61,799 nucleotides of DNA from Candidatus Moraniibacteriota bacterium (GTDB lineage Bacteria > Patescibacteriota > Minisyncoccia > Moranbacterales > UBA11712): positions 1 to 61,799 of the forward strand of contig JAQUQQ010000001.1 in assembly GCA_028716005.1 (NCBI GenBank), written 5' to 3'. The translations under genes and the position numbers were made by a program. Below, in pieces: positions 52,744 to 59,073 of the stretch. A model generated the notes under the pieces. The model did not search any database, was not told the origin of the DNA, and was given only the letters and a program-made list of their open reading frames with translations. The stretch's first letter is position 1, and the number at the start of each line of letters is the position of its first letter.

Positions 52744-53789
52744 AGATCTCAATTCCGAAAGACGTTCACATTGCTTGGGAAAGGGATTTCTCCTTTTTGG
52801 GTTGCTATATGATCGCCGAGCAGCACCTCAAAGAATTAAAACGCTACATAGATGTTGGTTACACGATGTGTGCGTTCTATCACAAAAACGGACATGTCAT
52901 ATTTTACAGAAGCGAATCGGATGAGAAAAATTTCGATAGCCGAATTGCAGGCAGATGTCTGGAAGAAGAAGGTTTCGCGAAGCACGCTACGGAAAAGCTA
53001 AAGAAAATAACCGATGAGTTCAATGCTTTCTTTAAAAAACAAAAGCGTCTATCGAAAGATAACGTCAAGCAGTTTTTCCGGATGGCTAATGAGCATTTCG
53101 CTTATCATCTGGCAGTATTCTGGTCGGCTGATTATATAAGAAAAAACAATTTGGATAAAAGAAACAAGAAAATTTTCGGAATGCTTGAGAAGGCGCGAAA
53201 ATACAATGAAAATATTTTGCCCAACATTGAGAATTGGATTGCAAAACAAGATCCGATTTTTTCGGTGATGCGTCCGAAGGAGTGCGTGGATTATTTATGG
53301 AAAGAATGGAAGCTGCAGTCCTCGGTCCTTAGCGCTCGCGATGAGGCTTCTTTTGTGTATTTCGATAAAAAAAATAAATATGTATCCACCGGAAAACGTG
53401 CTATTGAGTATAAGAAAAAATTTGATAAATCTTTTCTAAGGAGGTTTAAGCTTTCTGAAAATATATTAAAAGGCAGGCCGGCTTACAAGGGTCGCTATAA
53501 AGGAAAGGTTCGCGTCATTGAAAGATTCGAAGATTTCAAGAGAGTGAAACGAGGAGAAATCATTGTTGCGCCGGTAACGCGTCCGGCATATAGTTCATAT
53601 ATAAGGAGAGCAGGAGCAATTGTGGCCGATGAAGGAGCAATTCTTTCTCACACGTCCATTATTGCGAGGGAATTCAAAATTCCCTGTGTTATTGGGACAA
53701 GAATTGCAACCAAAGTTCTCAAAGACGGCGATCTCGTAGAGGTGAATGCGGATAAGGGGATAGTTAAAATAACCAAAAAATCGAAATAA
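52722..53789 (+). CDS. PEP-utilizer swivel domain protein, paralog P8
   Basis: 355 aa. ..EGAILSHTSIIAREFKIPCVIGTR... Confidence 0.75.
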   Translation: MARKKTIKISIPKDVHIAWERDFSFLGCYMIAEQHLKELKRYIDVGYTMCAFYHKNGHVIFYRSESDEKNFDSRIAGRCLEEEGFAKHATEKLKKITDEFNAFFKKQKRLSKDNVKQFFRMANEHFAYHLAVFWSADYIRKNNLDKRNKKIFGMLEKARKYNENILPNIENWIAKQDPIFSVMRPKECVDYLWKEWKLQSSVLSARDEASFVYFDKKNKYVSTGKRAIEYKKKFDKSFLRRFKLSENILKGRPAYKGRYKGKVRVIERFEDFKRVKRGEIIVAPVTRPAYSSYIRRAGAIVADEGAILSHTSIIAREFKIPCVIGTRIATKVLKDGDLVEVNADKGIVKITKKSK

Positions 53790-53790
53790 T

Positions 53791-54729
53791 ATGGAAAAAT
53801 TCAGACCTTCCCGTACCGATACGCGTCAAATACCTCCGTTGAGTCCCGACAAAGATATGCCTGCACCGGTAGAATTAGAGAAAAAGGAAGACGAGCCTCG
53901 TCTTCTGAAATTTTCAATTCTGGCGGATGTCCATAAAGGTCCCGTGTCCTATTACAAAGGAGCTCTGCGGAAAATAACTCAAGGAGCGAAGGAATATCTG
54001 GATGCGTATATCGAGGAGATGAACGAGAGAGTAAAGCCCGCTTTTGTAATGGCTCTAGGAGATATTATTGAGGACGACGGTCTTGAAAATGACCGTCGGA
54101 ACCTAAAAGAAGTGATTGACGGACTAAAAAAACTAAACTGCCCGGTTTACTATGCTGCCGGAAATCATGATCTTCGCAACGTATCCGAAGAGGAACTAGC
54201 GCAGACTTTCAATCGGGAAAAACTATATTATTCATTCGACTCCGAAGATTATCACGGTATAGTCCTTTATTCAAAGGCTATTGAAGATAAAATAGCTGTC
54301 ATCTCGGAGGATCAGCTGACGTGGCTGAAGAAAGATCTTGAGTCGACGGACAAGAGATGTCTCGTATTCGTCCATCATGGTTTGTCTGACCAGGATATGA
54401 CCGGAAACCCGTGGTTTGAGGGTGCGCCATTCCCCAGCCTTGTGGAAAATCGGAGCGAGGTCCAAAAAATTCTCGAACAATCCGGAAAAGTTGCGGCGGT
54501 ATTTCAAGGGCATCTGCATTGGGACAAAATGGAAGTTCAAAATTCTATTCCATATTTCACCCTGCAGTCTCCAGTGGAAAATGAAGATGATCTTGGATTT
54601 GCCAGCGAAGCGCGGCATATTGTGGAAGTCAACGGAAAGGCAGTGAGCATGGAAGTGAGAGGGAGATACCCCAAAAAATTCAGGCACGAATTTTCTTTTG
54701 GAGAACGGCCTGAACTCGGGAGAAAATAG
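53791..54729 (+). CDS. calcineurin-like metallophosphoesterase
   Basis: 312 aa. ILADVHKG, LGDIIED, AAGNHDL, VFVHHG, FQGHLHWD. The ATG is 1 nt after the P8 stop. Confidence 0.8.
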   Translation: MEKFRPSRTDTRQIPPLSPDKDMPAPVELEKKEDEPRLLKFSILADVHKGPVSYYKGALRKITQGAKEYLDAYIEEMNERVKPAFVMALGDIIEDDGLENDRRNLKEVIDGLKKLNCPVYYAAGNHDLRNVSEEELAQTFNREKLYYSFDSEDYHGIVLYSKAIEDKIAVISEDQLTWLKKDLESTDKRCLVFVHHGLSDQDMTGNPWFEGAPFPSLVENRSEVQKILEQSGKVAAVFQGHLHWDKMEVQNSIPYFTLQSPVENEDDLGFASEARHIVEVNGKAVSMEVRGRYPKKFRHEFSFGERPELGRK

Positions 54730-54749
54730 TGCTTAAATGGGAAAATTAA

Positions 54750-54845
54750 AGTGTCGTTGGCACCAAAACCGCAACTAGAATAATCAGGAATGGCGATCTC
54801 GTGGAAGTAGACGCGGATAAGGGGGTAGTGAAAATAATTAAGAAA
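54750..54845 (+). pseudogene. 3' remnant of a ninth PEP-utilizer swivel paralog
   Basis: Reads SVVGTKTATRIIRNGDLVEVDADKGVVKIIKKEK directly after a TAA at 54747-54749. It corresponds to only the last ~30 codons of P3-P8 and runs on in frame into the ORF ending at 55253. Confidence 0.7.
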
Positions 54846-54917
54846 GAAAAAAATAAAGTAGAAAAAGTTCTGGCATATTGTATAAATAATAAGCATTTAC
54901 AATTAATTTTAATTAAT

Positions 54918-55253
54918 ATGAATAAAAGAGAAATGCCTTCTTCCCGAGAGAGAGAGGACCTGACAAAAGAGTTGCTTGACAAAGAGCTAGATGGGTTTGG
55001 AAAAGTCGTTCGCATTTACAGTGAAAAAACCGGTCAAAATATGCCCCCTGCGACTCAAAAATATCTCGAAGACATGCAGCACTCGTTAGATAATACGCAA
55101 GAAAATGATGTTGATAAATTGAGTGAAATTAAAGATGCAATTTTACGCGAGGCGGAATTTCATAGCAGAATAGCCGGTTTCGATTTGTGGGATGAAACTC
55201 GCGAAATTAATAACATAATCTCCAGATTGAAATCAGTAAAAGAATCAAAGTAG
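54918..55253 (+). CDS. hypothetical acidic protein (start uncertain; the ORF is continuous with the remnant upstream)
   Basis: MNKREMPSSREREDLTKELLDKELDGFG... No recognised motif. The track ORF 54801..55253 starts with a GTG inside the remnant. Confidence 0.3.
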   Translation: MNKREMPSSREREDLTKELLDKELDGFGKVVRIYSEKTGQNMPPATQKYLEDMQHSLDNTQENDVDKLSEIKDAILREAEFHSRIAGFDLWDETREINNIISRLKSVKESK

Positions 55254-55366
55254 TTGAGAGCATGAAATGGTTTAGAAAAAAAGAATCTAGAAATGTTATG
55301 AAACATGGCTTGGGATGCAATGGCGGGAAAAGACAGAGAGAATATATAAGTGCTAAAATCTAAATT

Positions 55367-56365
55367 ATGTATACAAAAACATTCAAAGAAATATCAAAAA
55401 AAGATGTCGGGATCGCTGGTGGAAAGGGGGCGTCTCTCGGCGAAATGTCTGGGTCTGGTATTCCCGTGCCGCCGGGATTTGTTATCACAATCGATGCTTT
55501 TGACCGGTTTCTCGAAGAAACCGATCTCGGAGTCGATATTGTTTCAATCCTCAAAAATATAAACTATAAAGATATGAGCTCGGTGGACAAAGCGTCGCAT
55601 GAGATCCGCGATATGATCCACGATGTTCCGATGCCGAAAGACCTCGCGAAATTATTTTTAGGAGAATTCAAGAAACTCAAGGCGCCATACGTCGCAGTCC
55701 GCAGCAGCGCAACGGCCGAAGACTCGGCGGTGGCTTCCTGGGCGGGAGAACTGGAAACTTATCTCAACACTACGGGGAAAAAGATTTTTGAAAACATCAA
55801 AAAATGCTGGTCCTCGCTTTTCACCCAGCGAGCGCTCTTTTATGCCTTTGAAAAGCAAGTGTTCACGAAAAAACATCAGCAGAAAATCAGAGCTGGAACG
55901 TCCAAAATCAAAGATTCTTACCCGGTGAGCGTGGCGGTGGTCGTTCAAAAAATGGTGCAGTCGGACATTTCGGGGATTTGTTTCACCGTCCATCCAGTGA
56001 CGGAAAACAAAAAACAAATGGTGATTGAAGCCGGGTATGGGCTTGGGGAGGCAATTGTTTCCGGACAGGTTACACCCGACACGTATGTTGTCGATAAACA
56101 AGATTTCTCGATTGCGGACATCAATTTCTCTGAGCAAACAAGAATGATTGTGAAAAAGAAAGGCGAGGGCGTGGAGTGGAAACCGGTGCCGAAGAAGACG
56201 CAAAATCGGCAAAAATTGACCGGCAAGCAGATTGTCGAGTTGGCCAAGCTTTGCGACAGAATTGAAAAACATTACAAAAAACCTCAAGACATCGAATGGG
56301 CGCTTGAGAAAGGGAAATTCTATATAACGCAGTCGCGGCCGATAACTACTCTCACTCGCGAATAA
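55367..56365 (+). CDS. stand-alone PPDK_N-type ATP-grasp (nucleotide-binding) domain of PEP synthase/pyruvate phosphate dikinase/rifampin phosphotransferase-like enzymes
   Basis: 332 aa. GIAGGKGASLGEM..GIPVPPGFVIT, VAVRSSATAEDS, VAVVVQKMVQSDISGICFTVHP, EAGYGLGEAIVSGQVTPD, DIEWALEKGKFYITQSRPIT. Ends at the domain boundary; the last codons and the stop lie in repeat copy H. Confidence 0.85.
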   Translation: MYTKTFKEISKKDVGIAGGKGASLGEMSGSGIPVPPGFVITIDAFDRFLEETDLGVDIVSILKNINYKDMSSVDKASHEIRDMIHDVPMPKDLAKLFLGEFKKLKAPYVAVRSSATAEDSAVASWAGELETYLNTTGKKIFENIKKCWSSLFTQRALFYAFEKQVFTKKHQQKIRAGTSKIKDSYPVSVAVVVQKMVQSDISGICFTVHPVTENKKQMVIEAGYGLGEAIVSGQVTPDTYVVDKQDFSIADINFSEQTRMIVKKKGEGVEWKPVPKKTQNRQKLTGKQIVELAKLCDRIEKHYKKPQDIEWALEKGKFYITQSRPITTLTRE

Positions 56366-56395
56366 TGAGCAAATGACGAGCGAATCAGAGCGAAT
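56354..56395. repeat. solo left arm of the ACTCGCGAAT element (copy H)
   Basis: actcgcgaataatgagcaaatgacgagcgaatcagagcgaat. Supplies ..TRE and the TAA stop of the ATP-grasp gene. No right arm follows. Confidence 0.75.
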
Positions 56396-56413
56396 GTTCC
56401 GTTAGACAGCAGT

Positions 56414-56965
56414 TTATTTCTTCTTTCTATATTCGAAGCCGATTATTTTTACCGGTTCAATCCGGTCTTTTTCAACAAGGCGCTTGATGGCATCGAAGAT
56501 GATTTTGAATTTCCCATCGCATTTTCGTTCTATGGCCTCTATTTTTTCGCGAAGTGCCCTATTGCTCGCAACCATTTCCCGAATTTTTGTGAAAGTTCGC
56601 ATAATTTGAATATTTACCCGAATCGCCCGTTCACTTCTCAAGACAGAGGAAAGCATCGCAACTCCCTGTTCGGTAAAAACATAAGGTAATTTTCTTTTTC
56701 CGCCCCATCTTGAAGTCACAAATCGTGACTTCAAGATTTCATCAGAAATCACAGATTGCGATTTCAAAATTTTCGCCTCTTGCTTTGTAAGTTGAAACAT
56801 AAAGTCGACTGGGAAGCGTTTCGCATTTCTTTTTGCTGCCTGATTGAGCACTTTTACTTGAACCCCATAAAGCCTTGCCAAATCGTCATCGAACATCACT
56901 TTCTTCCCGCGAATCAGATATATTTTGTTTTCGATTATTTCATTCGGTATAATTTTGTTTCGCAT
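56414..56965 (-). CDS. ORF6N (KilA-N-like) DNA-binding domain protein
   Basis: 183 aa. IYLIRGKKVMFDDDLARLYGVQVKVLNQAAKRNAKRFPVDFMFQLT and ..RWGGKRKLPYVFTEQGVAMLSSVL... Confidence 0.75.
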   Translation of the reverse strand: MRNKIIPNEIIENKIYLIRGKKVMFDDDLARLYGVQVKVLNQAAKRNAKRFPVDFMFQLTKQEAKILKSQSVISDEILKSRFVTSRWGGKRKLPYVFTEQGVAMLSSVLRSERAIRVNIQIMRTFTKIREMVASNRALREKIEAIERKCDGKFKIIFDAIKRLVEKDRIEPVKIIGFEYRKKK

Positions 56966-57024
56966 ATCATTTTCATTTATCCTCGTTCAAGGTCACAAAT
57001 TGCGACCTTGGAGAGGTTTAGATA

Positions 57025-58965
57025 TCAAAAATAAGCGAGGGTGTTTTCAGGCTGAAACGCAGGGCAGTATTCAGCTTCGTGCGGTTCGTATTCCAGCAGG
57101 CCGAAGAGCTTAAAAAAGATGAATTTATCTTCGGGAGAGTATAGGGCCGATTTTGGAGCAAGATCTGTTTGATTTTCATCCGTTGCTCCCAGAATCTCTC
57201 CGTCATCACTCGAACCGTTCTCCTCATTTTCATTATTGTCAGAATCTTCTTCGAAAGATTCTTCTTTTTTCGAAGGATTATCCGATGGGGCGATCCATTG
57301 CCACTCCCCATTGATTTTCACATAAGCTTCGCCCTCAGCAATCTTTTCGTTCGAGTATTCAACCTCGTCGATAATATTTTCGTTTGGAGAAAGAAGACGC
57401 ACTTTCCCGGCTTTGTTGTTGAGAGAAAATTTAGACACTTTACGGGTGATTGCTTTTGTTTCGCCTGGGGCCAAAGTAATCCCGGCGCTTATCGGATGAT
57501 TATATATTTTGTCTCCCGACCCCGTCGCGATTTTCCATCCTTCAAGATCAACCTTCTTCCCCGAGTTGTTTTTTACGTCAATGGTTTCTCCGTCTGAATC
57601 ATTTCCGGCGGGGTTGGGAACAATTTTCGCGATTTCGAGATCGGGCCGGGGATAATTTTTTACGGAAATGACAAAGCTTTTTCCGACTGTCTGTGAATCG
57701 TCACTCACGGAAAGCGTCACGGTATATTTTCCAGTATCAAGATATTTGTGCGAGGTTTTCGCGAGGTAGCTTTTCTTTCCATCTCCGAAATCCCAAACAT
57801 ATTTCAATTTTTTGGTTTCTTTGTCCTTGGCTTTGGCGGAAAATTCCGTGTAGAGATCTTTGTAAGTGGTCTTGATCTTGGAAATCTTCACAACTGGTAG
57901 AGAATCAAACTTGTTTTCCTTTCCGGGCGTCAAATATTTGCTCCATTTCCAGCTTGCGCCGTCGAAATTATATGATGAACCTTCAGTAGTCTTATTCCAA
58001 GAGACACTCGAAGTGATTTCTCCTCGTGGGTTGAACAGAGTGACGGTTTCCGCTGAATTATTGAGAGCCAGTTTGGACTCAGGGCGGTATATGGAAAAAT
58101 ATTCGCCGGATTTTATTTCCGCGTGATTCTTGAAAACATATTTTCCGGTTTTGGATCCATCGCGGATTGTCCAGCCAAAAAGATCAACCGGGCCATTCTC
58201 CTGGTTCATGATTTCAATATATTCTTCATTTTTTTCGTCGCCCTTGGGATGAGGAAGTATTTCATTTAGATAAACTTTTTCAGCGGCGGCTGTATCGCTG
58301 AAATTCGTCGTGTTGGTATTTTCGGAGCCGGTGCTGGTGTCGCTCACGTTTGCTTCGCTGGATGTGTTTTCCGCGGATGGACTTTTCACATCTTCGCACT
58401 TTCCAGATTCTTTTCCAGGGGTGCCTCCAGCTTCGCAACTCTCCTGCCAGTCGGGTCCGTTTTCGATTCTTTCCAAGCTATAGTTTTGTTTTGGGTCTGG
58501 CAATGGGAAAGAGCATTTTGCGGAAGTGCCCCAGCAAATGGAATCGATGATACTCGAATCCTTGGTTGCCGAAGTGCTTATATAGACAGCGCCATTCGAA
58601 ACCAGCGCTGCTGAGTATGTCGCGCCGATAGCAATTTCACTGTGTTTCTCTCGAAAAGTAGCGGAACCCAAGAGAAAATAGCCTTGAGATTTTATGGTGG
58701 GATTCAAAGTTACGTAGGCCAGTGTTTTTGAAGTGTCAGTTCCGGCGGAATTCACGATGTGTAATTTGAGCGGCAGCGATTTCAAATCGATATCCGCTGA
58801 AGTCGGGTTGTATAGCTCAATAAATTCTTCGTCAGCCGAGGTCCCTCCAACCAAAACTTCCGAAATTATCAGGCCGTTTTCCGCCGCCCGGGCGATATTC
58901 GCGCAAGCAGAAAATCCGAACGAGCCCGCGACCAGAAAAACAAGAAGAAAAAATATATTTTTCAT
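57025..58965 (-). CDS. secreted protein with three lamin-tail-domain-like modules and a PKD domain
   Basis: 646 aa with a signal peptide. ISEVLVGGTSADEEFIELYNPT, LNEILPHPKGDEKNEEYIEIMN and IAKIVPNPAGNDSDGETIDVKN are LTD-like. YVWDFGDGKKS..GKYTVTLSVSD is PKD-like. Confidence 0.7.
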   Translation of the reverse strand: MKNIFFLLVFLVAGSFGFSACANIARAAENGLIISEVLVGGTSADEEFIELYNPTSADIDLKSLPLKLHIVNSAGTDTSKTLAYVTLNPTIKSQGYFLLGSATFREKHSEIAIGATYSAALVSNGAVYISTSATKDSSIIDSICWGTSAKCSFPLPDPKQNYSLERIENGPDWQESCEAGGTPGKESGKCEDVKSPSAENTSSEANVSDTSTGSENTNTTNFSDTAAAEKVYLNEILPHPKGDEKNEEYIEIMNQENGPVDLFGWTIRDGSKTGKYVFKNHAEIKSGEYFSIYRPESKLALNNSAETVTLFNPRGEITSSVSWNKTTEGSSYNFDGASWKWSKYLTPGKENKFDSLPVVKISKIKTTYKDLYTEFSAKAKDKETKKLKYVWDFGDGKKSYLAKTSHKYLDTGKYTVTLSVSDDSQTVGKSFVISVKNYPRPDLEIAKIVPNPAGNDSDGETIDVKNNSGKKVDLEGWKIATGSGDKIYNHPISAGITLAPGETKAITRKVSKFSLNNKAGKVRLLSPNENIIDEVEYSNEKIAEGEAYVKINGEWQWIAPSDNPSKKEESFEEDSDNNENEENGSSDDGEILGATDENQTDLAPKSALYSPEDKFIFFKLFGLLEYEPHEAEYCPAFQPENTLAYF

Positions 58966-59005
58966 AGATTTTTTGATTAGATATTAATCTTTGCTCCAAC
59001 ATAAC

Positions 59006-59037
59006 AAAAAAGACCGTAATAAACTCGTATTACGGTC
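59006..59037 (-). terminator. rho-independent terminator downstream of 59074..60369
   Basis: Perfect 10-bp stem gaccgtaata/tattacggtc (59012-59037), followed on the minus strand by a T6 run (59011-59006). Confidence 0.75.
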
Positions 59038-59073
59038 AAAATAGTTTGTTTAAAGTAAATTTTCTATGGTGTA

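Noticed and set aside
42825-54845. Regularly recurring conserved ~80-nt boxes at about 1-1.5 kb spacing. Briefly considered as a CRISPR-like or cassette-array signature.
   Set aside because: The boxes are the coding 3' ends of paralogous genes. Their spacing is gene-sized and variable, and there are no short unique spacers or cas genes. The ACTCGCGAAT elements are palindromic and dispersed, so they are not a CRISPR array either.
56414-56965. ORF6N/KilA-N-like gene as a marker of a prophage or integrative element at the right end of the P array.
   Set aside because: No integrase, recombinase, phage structural genes, tRNA target or direct repeats are visible around it. A single ORF6N gene is insufficient evidence.
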